Assembly (NCBI GenBank): GCA_903860135.1
Contig: CAIOPG010000004.1
Coordinates: 272,648 to 336,647 of the forward strand
Direction of reading: 5' to 3'
DNA length: 64,000 nucleotides
From: Candidatus Omnitrophota bacterium
GTDB taxonomy: Bacteria > Omnitrophota > Gorgyraeia > Zapsychrales > Fredricksoniimonadaceae
The position numbers were made by a program, and so were the translations under genes. A model generated the notes under the pieces. That model was given only the letters and a program-made list of their open reading frames with translations, was not told the DNA's origin and did no database searches. Of this stretch, positions 9,705 to 19,664 are shown piece by piece. Every line of letters begins with the position of its first letter. The first letter of the stretch is position 1.

Positions 9705-9893
9705 TCAATGTGAAGCATTTAATTTGTCAGCCATTAATCCAATTCCATTGATCGCATCGCTAAACGACCGGTTGACGGTCGTACGGAATGGCGACCCAGG
9801 TGTTACAACAAGCCCGATGATGATAACAATAACAGCTGTGACCAAAAGCACATATTCCAGCGTGCTTTGACCCTTTCGGTAACATCTTGACAT
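9705..9893 (-). CDS. flp: short Flp pilin (candidate major pilin)
   Basis: RKG/QSTLEY, 62 aa, GGAGGG RBS. Confidence 0.85.
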   Translation of the reverse strand: MSRCYRKGQSTLEYVLLVTAVIVIIIGLVVTPGSPFRTTVNRSFSDAINGIGLMADKLNASH

Positions 9894-9918
9894 GGCATTC
9901 CCTCCTGTTTAATTAAGC

Positions 9919-10065
9919 TTATTCTCTTTGGAATTCCGCTGTTATGCATTTTTGCTTCGACTGGACAGCACGGTACACATAGGTACTCATCGCAACAGCC
10001 GCTGTTGTGACAATGGCGACGACAAGGGCATATTCAACAACATTCTGGCCTTTGTAACGACACAT
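9919..10065 (-). CDS. flp: short Flp pilin, 48 aa (not in the ORF track)
   Basis: Translated by hand: MCRYKG/QNVVEYALVVAIVTTAAVAMSTYVYRAVQSKQKCITAEFQRE*; GAGGT RBS. Confidence 0.85.
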   Translation of the reverse strand: MCRYKGQNVVEYALVVAIVTTAAVAMSTYVYRAVQSKQKCITAEFQRE

Positions 10066-10079
10066 TGATAACCTCATCG

Positions 10080-10277
10080 CCGTTCCCCGTGTGCGTTAAG
10101 ACATAACACCCGAGACCCCCTGAATCTTTTGGGAGCGGGAATCCACCCGGGCACTCTATGTTGACGCTGGTTACCCTCGTCAACCCGATCCGGCCCCTAC
10201 AGAACCGATTTCGATGATGCTCCGTCAAAGAACGGAGCTGTAAGACATCCTACACAAGAAAAACAAACACATTCATA
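10080..10277 (-). ncRNA. candidate structured 5' leader of the pilin operon
   Basis: About 200 nt between the promoter and the first pilin, with stems GCTCCGT/ACGGAGC and GTTGACG/CGTCAAC (the latter enclosing GG-GTAA-CC) and CCCGGG/CTCGGG pairing. Confidence 0.4.
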
Positions 10278-10283
10278 AATTGA

Positions 10284-10311
10284 AGTATAACATACATATA
10301 ATAAGTGTCAA
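10284..10311 (-). promoter_or_regulatory. sigma70 promoter of the pilin operon
   Basis: TTGACA-16 nt-TATACT with an extended -10 TG. Confidence 0.75.
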
Positions 10312-10366
10312 CGTGCAGAAGCCCGTCATAGACAAGCCTTTGCGGCCCATTGAAAAGATAGGCGAA

Positions 10367-12154
10367 CTATGCTTTATTTTCAATGGAAAACCACCATTTT
10401 TGTCTATTTCTTTCGGCGATATCCACACCATTGATCTTGCGCAACAGGGTTGCCAGTTGATCCCTGCCCCCAAAACCCTGCGGAACAACCAACCTAACAA
10501 AAACAGAACCATTCCGTCGTTGTAAATACCCTGAAAGCGTATAGATGGATGATAATAGCTCCACATTGTCAAGTCCATAACGCTGGGCTAAATATACCTG
10601 ACATATGTTCAGCATTTTTTTCAAAACAACACCCGGTGCCGTATGGTCGGTATTTTCAATCTGTAAATAACGTTGTTTGTTTGTGGCTGTGGCATCATGA
10701 TCGTTGTGAAAATTTTCCAAACAGGAAAACTTTTCCAGGTAATGATCTACAATATCTTTAGCGGAAGCTTGTCCTGCCAGCAGGTTTGTAATAAAAAACA
10801 GTTTCTTTTCATTCCCGGGTACTTTTACAACCAAGCCTCTTAATATTTCAGATTGTTTATCAGCATCTGTAAACTGACAAAAACCATCGATCATTGAATA
10901 ATATTGGTCCAAAATAGCGTTGTACACTTTTTGGGGAGTGCCTGTTTCATCAAAAAGAAGCTTGTCAAAGAAACAACTTTCAATGTTGAAACCAGCAATA
11001 AAATTAATTTTTTTCGATGGGTCAAGACGGCCTTCCCACAACAAATCCTTCGCGCCTCCCCACAAACAAATTTTAACTGGTTTTTCTTCAGCCGCGCCAC
11101 TTAAGAACATCAGTGTCTCTTTTATGGCATCGGTTAAACCTTCCGAACACCTTAAAACCAGTGGCTTGACAGGGCAGGCAACACGATCAACAGCGTTCTC
11201 AACAGATTTAACGATCGAACACATATGGGCTTCTGGCACTTTATCCAGAAAACACCCCAGATCATGCCTCAACAAATAATGTTGTGCTTTATTACTTTCA
11301 AATGAAAAATATGCATTATCCACCACAGCCACAGCAACCTCAACATCGATGGCAGCCGCAAGGGACTTGTTCGAGTCGATATCATTTAATAATGTGTGGA
11401 AGGAAGAATCCATTAAAGGTTGTTCCTGTCCAAGCAATGTCCAAACAGACAATGCCTGTGCCTGTTCAATTTCTTTACCCCGTTCATATCCAAGCCCCTT
11501 GAACAAAACACCGGCTTCGAATAAACGCCGTCCCTCCATTATGTTACCGGCTATCCCCACAAACAACTCTTCGGTCAACTGACCGCTCAAAATGTCCAAT
11601 AAAGCCACATACAGAATGCTTATGCCCAAATTATTAATAATGGGATATGCCTCCTCTGCCCAAATATACGAACCCCTCACATCAAAAGAAACATCTTGAA
11701 CGACATCCGCTTGATTCCTGGCTAATAAATCAGGACTGAGCGTGGCTTGCTCAAACGTTGCGTCTTCTATGTTATCAATCAATCCCATATTGGGTGGCTT
11801 ACTAATGTTCACATCACTGTCCACAACATTTATACTGCTTAATACGCCTGTAGTTAAAATATTCCCTTGCGCCATGCTATCATCTTTTAACTCGTGCAAG
11901 AATGGCTTCACTTCAGCTAATAATTGTTCTTTTTTGTCTTTGGGGATAAAGAAATTCTTGGCAGAGGCACGGCCAACCGGATTACTTAAATTATATTCTT
12001 TAATAATGGCATTAATGGAGGATTTTGAAACTTCGATCTGGAAGGCTTCACGCACAATAGCTACAAGTTTTCGACAACTTAAAGAAGGCACTTCTTTCTT
12101 TTTGTCGATAATTAAATCTACAACATCTTTTCTTAATTTATAAGTAACACCCAT
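10367..12154 (-). CDS. hypothetical protein with an N-terminal HTH-like domain
   Basis: 595-aa ORF; SLSCRKLVAIVREAFQIEVSKSSINAIIK resembles a helix-turn-helix; remainder not recognised. Confidence 0.6.
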   Translation of the reverse strand: MGVTYKLRKDVVDLIIDKKKEVPSLSCRKLVAIVREAFQIEVSKSSINAIIKEYNLSNPVGRASAKNFFIPKDKKEQLLAEVKPFLHELKDDSMAQGNILTTGVLSSINVVDSDVNISKPPNMGLIDNIEDATFEQATLSPDLLARNQADVVQDVSFDVRGSYIWAEEAYPIINNLGISILYVALLDILSGQLTEELFVGIAGNIMEGRRLFEAGVLFKGLGYERGKEIEQAQALSVWTLLGQEQPLMDSSFHTLLNDIDSNKSLAAAIDVEVAVAVVDNAYFSFESNKAQHYLLRHDLGCFLDKVPEAHMCSIVKSVENAVDRVACPVKPLVLRCSEGLTDAIKETLMFLSGAAEEKPVKICLWGGAKDLLWEGRLDPSKKINFIAGFNIESCFFDKLLFDETGTPQKVYNAILDQYYSMIDGFCQFTDADKQSEILRGLVVKVPGNEKKLFFITNLLAGQASAKDIVDHYLEKFSCLENFHNDHDATATNKQRYLQIENTDHTAPGVVLKKMLNICQVYLAQRYGLDNVELLSSIYTLSGYLQRRNGSVFVRLVVPQGFGGRDQLATLLRKINGVDIAERNRQKWWFSIENKA

Positions 12155-12190
12155 ATTTTTTGTCCATTCTGGACATTGCTGCGGCGTTGG

Positions 12191-12538
12191 CTAAAAAGCT
12201 TTAATTTCAATTACATCACCTACGCTGGTCTCTGTTTGCTTAATGGTGCCGATAGGAAGTTCAATGGCACATGTCGCTTTCCAGAAAACAGAACTCATCT
12301 GGTTTGGTTTAATTTCTTCGACCAAACCAACAACAACGCCACGCCTATCAATAAAAACAACATCGATGGCCACTGACATAAAAAACATATGAATAGAATT
12401 GCATGATGTGATCACAAGCCCTTGACCTGGTTCAAGTGACTGCCGTCCTATTAAGCCTTTTGCTCTTGAAAATGGAGTTTTAGCTACTTCAGCGTGTTGG
12501 CTCAAACACTTATTATTCTTAAGATTTTTAATGATCAC
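12191..12538 (-). CDS. DUF192 family protein
   Basis: RAKGLIGR, SIHMFFM..IDVVFID, AIELP motifs. Confidence 0.85.
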   Translation of the reverse strand: MIIKNLKNNKCLSQHAEVAKTPFSRAKGLIGRQSLEPGQGLVITSCNSIHMFFMSVAIDVVFIDRRGVVVGLVEEIKPNQMSSVFWKATCAIELPIGTIKQTETSVGDVIEIKAF

Positions 12539-14714
12539 TGGCAGGTGCGGCTTTATTTAACGCAAACATCCCCACGTTAAGCTCAACGCCGCGCTTGAGA
12601 AAGTCATCATAACACTTTGGAATATACCCTGTCGGTCTATAGTCACCCAAAACTCGTCCAGACGAATCAATCCCGCCTTGTTCAAAAACAAAAACATCCC
12701 GTAATTCGGGTAAACCATCAACAATGACCTTGGTTACCTCCGTAATCCCGGTGATCTTACGCGAACCATCAGAAAACCTGGAAACTTGAATAACAAAATC
12801 AATGGAAGAAGCGATCATTTCATAAACAGCACGCAAAGGCAGTTCAATGCCACTTAAAATGATCATGGCATTCAAGCGCGTGATGGCATCTCGTGTCGAA
12901 TTGGCGTGTAAAGTTGTCATGGATCCATCATGACCGGTATTCATGGCCTGAAGCATATCCAAAACTTCTGCCCCGCGACACTCACCCACAATGATCCGAT
13001 CCGGCCGCATACGCAACGTATTAATAAAAAGATCCCTGATCATGATCGCACCCTTGCCCTCAACATTCGGTGGGCGCGATTCAAGTCTGGCCCAGTGGGC
13101 TTTGTTGATCTTCAATTCCGCCGCATCCTCAATGGAAATGATACGTTCACCATCTGGAATGCACTCAGAAATAATATTGAGTAATGTTGTTTTACCCGAA
13201 CCGGTTCCACCTGAGACGACCATATTCTTGCGCGCGATGACAGCGGCTTGAATAAACGCCGCCATATCAGGCGTTAAACTTTTAAAACGATTCAAAAGAT
13301 CATTCATAACATACCGATCCTGACCAAACTTACGGATCGTGATCATGGGACCGCGCAAGGATAATGGCGGAATGATCGCATTAATACGTGAACCGTCAGG
13401 AAGGCGTGCGTCAACCATGGGTGTTGACTCATCAATACGTCGCCCAAGCGGAGCAATGATGCGGTCAATGACCGATCGCACCTGCTGATTGGATACAAAT
13501 CGCCTGTTCGTTAGTATGATCTTGCCGCCTTTTTCAACATAGATCTCATCTTTATTATTCACCATGATATCGGTGATCTCTGGGTCGGCAAGAAGCTCTT
13601 CAATCGCCCCAAACCCCAGTGCTTCATTAACAATATCAACAACAAGCTTGGTCCTTTCTTGATGCGAAGAAATAAGGACGCCTGTTTCTTCAGCCAACAA
13701 ATTGACAATGATCCGTTCTGCCTGTTTCTTTATTTGTGCAGCCTGTTCTACATCAGCCAAGGCCTCTGGTGTCACTGCCTGGAGATTCATGCGGTCGATG
13801 AGCTTCTCATGTATGCGTTTCTTTAACGCAATTATCGCTTCTTCTTCTTTACTTACAATGCGCTTGCTTGAGGGCCCCGTCGCAATGGTGTCATTAGCGC
13901 CTGTGGACATCCATAAATTATCAGTTTTTGCGTCTTCTGTTGAACGACCACGAACAACTTCTGTTGTATTAACATACAATTCTTCATGATCGATGTCTTT
14001 AATCAACTGCATGAACGCAAAAGATACTTTGGCCTTGGGATTGTCCACAACAACAGGGACTCCCTTGTTCAAAGCCATCCCAACAACCTTACCATCCGAA
14101 GGTATCTTTGTGATAATATCACACGAAAGCGCATCTTTAACTTCTTGCCATGCAACACCACCGTGACTTTCCGCACGATTGAGCACAAGCTTGATCATTT
14201 TGAGCGGGAAATGCTGACTTTGTAGAATTTCAAGACCCCATTTGATCTGATAAACAGCAAGAATATCCGGTGTCGCCACCAAAAGGATCAAATTTGTCAT
14301 GTCAAGAATAGACACCAATGTTTCCGTAAAAGCCTTCCCGACATCAATAATGATATAATCATAATGCGGGGCAACTCTTTTAAGGAACAACTTCACATTA
14401 TCTGGTGTGATATGGCCTGTTTGATGAATGGTGATAACAGCTGAAATAAAATCCAGACCTGAAGAATGCGTTACCATCAAGTTCTTGATACTTTCAAAAT
14501 CCATTGATTCCTGAATTTCAGGTAAAATATCAACAATGGACTTCTTCGGTGCCACATTCAACATGCGCGCCATATCTTGACCGGATTGAAAATCGAGGTC
14601 AATAACAAGCGTTTTTTTGCGTGATAGTGCCAGCGTAACAGCCGTGTTGACACAAACAAACGTTTTGCCGACGCCACCTTTATTGCTAAAAACCGTTATT
14701 GTTCTTGCTGCCAT
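12528..14714 (-). CDS. cpaF: fused CpaE/TadZ (MinD-like) and CpaF/TadA pilus assembly ATPase
   Basis: N-terminal deviant Walker A KGGVGKT; C-terminal GGTGSGKTT, LRMRPDRIIVGECRG, AMNTGHDG. Confidence 0.9.
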   Translation of the reverse strand: MAARTITVFSNKGGVGKTFVCVNTAVTLALSRKKTLVIDLDFQSGQDMARMLNVAPKKSIVDILPEIQESMDFESIKNLMVTHSSGLDFISAVITIHQTGHITPDNVKLFLKRVAPHYDYIIIDVGKAFTETLVSILDMTNLILLVATPDILAVYQIKWGLEILQSQHFPLKMIKLVLNRAESHGGVAWQEVKDALSCDIITKIPSDGKVVGMALNKGVPVVVDNPKAKVSFAFMQLIKDIDHEELYVNTTEVVRGRSTEDAKTDNLWMSTGANDTIATGPSSKRIVSKEEEAIIALKKRIHEKLIDRMNLQAVTPEALADVEQAAQIKKQAERIIVNLLAEETGVLISSHQERTKLVVDIVNEALGFGAIEELLADPEITDIMVNNKDEIYVEKGGKIILTNRRFVSNQQVRSVIDRIIAPLGRRIDESTPMVDARLPDGSRINAIIPPLSLRGPMITIRKFGQDRYVMNDLLNRFKSLTPDMAAFIQAAVIARKNMVVSGGTGSGKTTLLNIISECIPDGERIISIEDAAELKINKAHWARLESRPPNVEGKGAIMIRDLFINTLRMRPDRIIVGECRGAEVLDMLQAMNTGHDGSMTTLHANSTRDAITRLNAMIILSGIELPLRAVYEMIASSIDFVIQVSRFSDGSRKITGITEVTKVIVDGLPELRDVFVFEQGGIDSSGRVLGDYRPTGYIPKCYDDFLKRGVELNVGMFALNKAAPASDH

Positions 14715-14724
14715 AGTAGATTCT

Positions 14725-16578
14725 TTATTTATGCGCGGAAATATTATTTAAAAATGAATCCAGGCTATATAAAATAGAAACTGTAATTTCCAATGTTTCA
14801 GCCTGAATAGTCTGTGGAAAAGCATCATACGGTGCCAATATTTGTGCCGTATTAACCGCATCTTGATCAAAGACGGGGTGTCCTGAAGATTTTTTTACAA
14901 CAACATCTTTAAGTGTGCCGTCTTTTGTTATGACCAGAGCTAGCTGAACGATGCCTTTCCAATTCTTTTCCTGCGCTTCATACGGATACGCAATGGCCGT
15001 TGATATTTTTTCCTGGATCAATTTGGCATATTTATCTTCCTCTGAAACAATGGGAGAGGATGATTTTACCGGTTCGACTTTGGATGCTATTTTGTTATTA
15101 ACAGGTGTCGTTGGTGCCGGTGCCGTTTTATTCACCATTGATTTTACAGGATTGGAACCCCCGACAACGTCGGTTAAAGCCGGAGCCCTATTGACTTCAG
15201 CCTTCAACTGCCGGGCAAAGTCATCCGCTTTATCTTCTGCGGCAAACGCTGAGCCGCTCTTTTGCGGCACATCAAGGCTTGCTGGTGTTTTCTTATCTTT
15301 GCCGTTAGTATCCAACAGCTTATCCGTGTCTTCGATCAGCTTTTTATCATTAGGTAGAATGGTTGCCGTAATGGAAATAACAACCTCGGTTTCTTCATTG
15401 GGTGCTGGCGTTTTTGAACTGCGGAAAAATATTCCCACAACCGGGATCTTGCTAAGGAAAGGAACACGACGAACCACTTCCGTATTCCGGCGCTTGATCA
15501 TGCCCGCAAGAACAATGGTCTGATGGTCTTGCAATAAAAGTTGTGTTTTTGCAGATCGCGTTAAAAAGGCAACGTCCGTCCCTGTAGGCTTTGAACCATC
15601 GATTTCGCTGATCTCGGCATTGAGCAAAATATTTACAAGATTGCCAGCCTGAATCGATGGTGTAACCGCCATAGTAACACCGTAAGGTTTAAATGTCTTG
15701 TTTTGCTGTGTCGATCCGCCACTGGCACTCGTCGTCGTTGTATTGATCGGGATTTCTCCGCCAACCAAAAAGGTCGCTTCTTTTCCACTGATAACCACAA
15801 GTCGCGGCTTCGAAAGGATCTTGCCTTTCCCTTCTTCGATCAACGCATTGACGGCACCGACCAGCGCATTGGTACGGCTAAGGCTTCCGATCCTCCATAT
15901 GTCGCTCAATGAACCCTGATTCGTTGGGATTGTTTCCTGATATGTGGGATTCAACGGATTAGTTGCGCCATCCATACCCCAATCGATCCCCATCTCTTTG
16001 GTAAGCGTTGTGGACAACTCGGTGATCTGCATATCGATCTGAACAAGGTCTTCAATCTTTTCTTTCTGAACAAGATTAATGATGCGGTCCATGAAAGGAT
16101 CAATGACCTTGATCAACACCTCCATCTTTTCTTCCGACAGCGCACCTGTAAGAACGACCTTGCCTTCATCTTTATTTTCACTTAATACCACATTCTTAAT
16201 GCCAACGCCCGCCAGTAAAGATTGAAGCCTTTTCCTGACAAGGCCGGGATCTTCCTGAACAACACGAATGATAACCGTCCGTTTCCCGCTATCATCCCAA
16301 ATAAACAAAACCGTCTGCCCCGGATCAATGGCTATAATATCCACAGAATCAATGCGCGCATCGTTAATATCAGCAACAACAGGATCTGTGATCGAAACTC
16401 TTTTTAAATTTTTCGCGGGAATGCTTTGAATGTCACCCTTAACAATTTGAAGCTCTTCATTTCCTTTTTCTGCGGCCGCAAAAGAAAGCGTCGGCATGCC
16501 ACTTGACAACATAACAACCGCCAAAGCAATTGATAACGCGGTTCTCATCACCCTGGAAAAATCAACCGTGTTCATCAA
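14725..16578 (-). CDS. cpaC: Tad secretin CpaC/RcpA with a C-terminal TonB_C-like domain
   Basis: Signal peptide; GKEATFLVGGEIP and VPFLSKIPVVGIFF secretin motifs; tail YPYEAQEKNWKGIV...KSSGHPVFDQDAV is TonB_C-like. Confidence 0.85.
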   Translation of the reverse strand: MMNTVDFSRVMRTALSIALAVVMLSSGMPTLSFAAAEKGNEELQIVKGDIQSIPAKNLKRVSITDPVVADINDARIDSVDIIAIDPGQTVLFIWDDSGKRTVIIRVVQEDPGLVRKRLQSLLAGVGIKNVVLSENKDEGKVVLTGALSEEKMEVLIKVIDPFMDRIINLVQKEKIEDLVQIDMQITELSTTLTKEMGIDWGMDGATNPLNPTYQETIPTNQGSLSDIWRIGSLSRTNALVGAVNALIEEGKGKILSKPRLVVISGKEATFLVGGEIPINTTTTSASGGSTQQNKTFKPYGVTMAVTPSIQAGNLVNILLNAEISEIDGSKPTGTDVAFLTRSAKTQLLLQDHQTIVLAGMIKRRNTEVVRRVPFLSKIPVVGIFFRSSKTPAPNEETEVVISITATILPNDKKLIEDTDKLLDTNGKDKKTPASLDVPQKSGSAFAAEDKADDFARQLKAEVNRAPALTDVVGGSNPVKSMVNKTAPAPTTPVNNKIASKVEPVKSSSPIVSEEDKYAKLIQEKISTAIAYPYEAQEKNWKGIVQLALVITKDGTLKDVVVKKSSGHPVFDQDAVNTAQILAPYDAFPQTIQAETLEITVSILYSLDSFLNNISAHK

Positions 16579-17414
16579 TTAGTCCCCCTTCCACTTTTGA
16601 AGATCTGAATGGCAGGCCCTTGCGAAAGTCCCAATGAGGCAGCGCCTGACGATGCGGTATCCGATACATTAAGGTCCGCCCCGGTATTTTGTAACACATA
16701 CTCGGCCAGTGTTGACCATGTCGCGGCAGAGATCATGGTGGACTTTTTTTCATTCGGTGAACGAAGGGCTAATTCAAGTTTGCCATTCTTTTCCGCAAAG
16801 GACAACAGGCTGGCCTCTTCGGGCGATACAGCAAAGGTGATCTTCAGCGAACGATCGTTTTGCTGTTGATCATAACCGCCAGGTTGATCAATATTGGTAT
16901 TAATGGCCAGTATCTGAAGATTCTGAAAGATCATGGCTGTTACAGCCTCTCTCTTTTCCTTATCTTTCTTTCTTCCCATCGAAGACTCCATATCGGGAAG
17001 ATTCAGTTGCGCGATAATATCCACATAATCACCAGGATTAAGCAAGCCACCCACAGCACCGAGAGAATCTATCATCAGTGTCAGCGCACGTTTCCCGGCC
17101 GGCATACGCAAGGCCAATGAAACAGCCTTGCGTTCCTTCCCTGGAACTTCCGCCACAGCGACGGCTCCTGCATTCTGCGCAGATTTCTGCATATTCTGCT
17201 CGACTTGAGCAATCTTTTGATTGAGTGCCCCGAGTTCCTGTTTATAAGCATCATCACGTTGCTTTTGATCTTTTTGATATTTCTGCGCAATCTTGGTTGT
17301 CTGCTCATTGATCGATTGCGTCACATAAACACTGACCAAATAAGCGGCAAGAAGACCTATGCCCACAGCAAGGAGAAGCACCAACAACTGATTCTTATTT
17401 TCCATCAATGCCAT
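16575..17414 (-). CDS. cpaB: Flp pilus assembly protein CpaB/RcpC
   Basis: PAGKRALTL, GGLLNPGDYVDII, GKLELALR motifs. Confidence 0.9.
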   Translation of the reverse strand: MALMENKNQLLVLLLAVGIGLLAAYLVSVYVTQSINEQTTKIAQKYQKDQKQRDDAYKQELGALNQKIAQVEQNMQKSAQNAGAVAVAEVPGKERKAVSLALRMPAGKRALTLMIDSLGAVGGLLNPGDYVDIIAQLNLPDMESSMGRKKDKEKREAVTAMIFQNLQILAINTNIDQPGGYDQQQNDRSLKITFAVSPEEASLLSFAEKNGKLELALRSPNEKKSTMISAATWSTLAEYVLQNTGADLNVSDTASSGAASLGLSQGPAIQIFKSGRGTN

Positions 17415-17430
17415 AAAGCCATCTCCTGAT

Positions 17431-18372
17431 TTACTCTTTTAAAAGGCTCTCGTTAACCTGAACCTTGATTGCTTTCTGAATATCTTTTACTCTCGCCTGG
17501 AGCAATTCCTGCTGTTTGCGCAGTTTTAGGAAACTCATAAGATCCGCCTTAATCTCGGCCAGTGCAACAGTATCACCACCCTGAACGGTTTCAACCTTAA
17601 CAATATAAAAACCATCGGGCCCCTCAAACACAGAAGAAACATCACCTGCATTTAAGTTGGCAACAGCCGCTGCCATAGCGGGCACCGCTACCTCGGCATT
17701 CAACGCAACCACGCCACCATCTGCCGCTGTTTTGCCCTTTGACTTATCTTTGGCAAGCTGGGCAAAATCCGACCCTTGAAGGATTTGAACAAGAATGGCA
17801 TTGGCGTCAGCTTTTGTTGCCACCACGATTTCGCGCAAGTGCTTTTCTTTCGGTTTTTTAAATTCGTTGGGATTTTCATTGTAATATTTTGTTACTTCTT
17901 CATCACCAATAACAACATCCTTGGTAATTTGCGTGACCGATTCCTGCACTAAAAGTGTATTTTCAAACTCTTTCATGGCCGTCTTAACTGTGCTGCTACT
18001 ATCAAGCTGATCCTTGCGTGCCTGCTGAATCAAAAGCTGTTGACGCACAAGCTCATTAAGGAGCATGGCCTTGGCACCTGGTTCTTTTTCATTAAAATCT
18101 TTAACTGATTCTTTAACCACCTTGATGCGCTGATTAAATTCATCGCTCGTAATCGTCCAGTCACCCACTTTTGCCAATACATCGGCAGGCAACGCCACTG
18201 TTTCGACCGGTTGATTGGTGCTCTCGGCAACAGGTGTAATGGACACCGCCACCGGTGTTGCTGGCGCTTTGACGACCTTGCGCGGCTCAACCTTATTGCA
18301 CCCCATGATGGCCAAAACAAAAAAACTAGAAACAAAAACTAAAAATTTATTTACCCTCATTCTACCCTCCAT
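17431..18372 (-). CDS. PpiC/parvulin-type peptidyl-prolyl isomerase lipoprotein (PrsA-like)
   Basis: Lipobox-like AIMGC; GSDFAQLAKDKS...GDVSSVF...GFYIVKV. Confidence 0.8.
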   Translation of the reverse strand: MEGRMRVNKFLVFVSSFFVLAIMGCNKVEPRKVVKAPATPVAVSITPVAESTNQPVETVALPADVLAKVGDWTITSDEFNQRIKVVKESVKDFNEKEPGAKAMLLNELVRQQLLIQQARKDQLDSSSTVKTAMKEFENTLLVQESVTQITKDVVIGDEEVTKYYNENPNEFKKPKEKHLREIVVATKADANAILVQILQGSDFAQLAKDKSKGKTAADGGVVALNAEVAVPAMAAAVANLNAGDVSSVFEGPDGFYIVKVETVQGGDTVALAEIKADLMSFLKLRKQQELLQARVKDIQKAIKVQVNESLLKE

Positions 18373-18465
18373 GCTTTTTTATAACCAATTATACCTGTTA
18401 TTCCTGCTAAAAACAAGCTGTTCGCCCACACAATTAATCCTATGAATTTATTTCAACAATTACTT

Positions 18466-19440
18466 TTATTGCAACAAACTCAACACTTGATCTCTTTCTT
18501 CGAGCAATTCTTTCAATGTTATGGAAATCTTTTCCTGAGCGAACGCATCGTGCTTGAATCCAGGAACAATCCGGCAATCCACGCCGTCCGAAACAAGCGG
18601 AAAGCCAAAAACAAGACCTTCCGTGATCCCATAACTCCCGTCGGAAACAACAGCGGCCGAAAAAAACATCCCTTCGGGTGTCGGCTGACATATCGCACGC
18701 ACGGTGTCAATCACCGCATTGGCCGCCGAGGCTGCTGAGGAAAACCCCCGTGCCTTGATAATCTCGGTGCCACGCTGCTGAACCTTTTCAAGGAACGACC
18801 CTTTGAGCCAGACCTGATCGTTAATAACTTCTTCTGCCGGAATTTTGTTGATCAATGCTTGTTGAAACCCAGGAAACTGTGTGCTTGAATGATTGCCCCA
18901 GATAGCAACGCGTGAAACATCCTTGCAGGCCACCCCTGCCTTAAGTGCCAACTGCGCCACCGCGCGATTTTGATCGAGCATGGTCATGGCAAAAATGCGC
19001 CTCGGATTTATTTTCTTGGCACATTCCTTTGTAATAAAAGCGTTGGTGTTACAGGGGTTCCCAACAACAAGTACCCGGCAATCTGGTTTGGCGCTTGCCG
19101 ATAAAGCCTTGCCTTGCGTCAAGAAAACACGCGCATTGATTTTAAGCAAATCCCCGCGTTCCATCCCCGCCTTGCGTGGCACGCTCCCGATCAAAAGCGC
19201 CCAGTCACAATCATGAAACGCTTCCACGGGGTCTGCCGAGATACTGATTTTTCTTAGCAGAGGAAAGGCACCATCTTCCAACTCCATAACAACGCCACGC
19301 AACGCAGGCAACGACAACTCAAGCTCCAGTAAAGACAATTCAATCGGTGTGTCCTGACCAAACATTTCTCCGGCAGCAATCCGAAAAAGCAACGCATAGC
19401 CGATCTGTCCTGCTGCGCCAGTAACTGCAATTTTAATCAT
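18466..19440 (-). CDS. mdh: malate dehydrogenase
   Basis: [49 protein letters not shown]; start at ATG 19440. Confidence 0.95.
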   Translation of the reverse strand: MIKIAVTGAAGQIGYALLFRIAAGEMFGQDTPIELSLLELELSLPALRGVVMELEDGAFPLLRKISISADPVEAFHDCDWALLIGSVPRKAGMERGDLLKINARVFLTQGKALSASAKPDCRVLVVGNPCNTNAFITKECAKKINPRRIFAMTMLDQNRAVAQLALKAGVACKDVSRVAIWGNHSSTQFPGFQQALINKIPAEEVINDQVWLKGSFLEKVQQRGTEIIKARGFSSAASAANAVIDTVRAICQPTPEGMFFSAAVVSDGSYGITEGLVFGFPLVSDGVDCRIVPGFKHDAFAQEKISITLKELLEERDQVLSLLQ

Positions 19441-19570
19441 ACCATTTAATTCTCCCGCAATCATTGTAATGATTCCGGTAAAATTACGAATAGTTTTTTT
19501 ATTTTTTTACGCCGAATGTCTGTGAAACTGCAGGAATTGCTTCTACTCGGTATGCTGAAAGATTTTTTAA

Positions 19571-19644
19571 TGACCCCAGCGGGATTTGAACCCGCGTTCC
19601 AAGCTTGAAAAGCTTGTGTCCTGACCAGGCTAGACGATGGGGTC
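19571..19644 (-). tRNA. tRNA-Glu(TTC)
   Basis: Cloverleaf; anticodon arm CAAGC-TTTTCAA-GCTTG; GGTTCAAATCC T-arm; CCA not encoded. Confidence 0.95.
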
Positions 19645-19664
19645 AAGGCTCAAAAGTGTTCCCT

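Noticed and set aside
10080-10277. c-di-GMP riboswitch
   Set aside because: Consensus elements of class I or II were not recognisable; kept only as an unassigned structured leader.
10367-12154. Transposase or IS element
   Set aside because: The HTH resembles transposase N-termini, but no DDE motif, terminal inverted repeats or target duplication were seen, and the gene is embedded co-directionally in the tad operon.
19461-19646. 61-aa ORF
   Set aside because: It is a translation of tRNA-Glu. ORFs across 34569-35146 likewise overlap tRNA genes.
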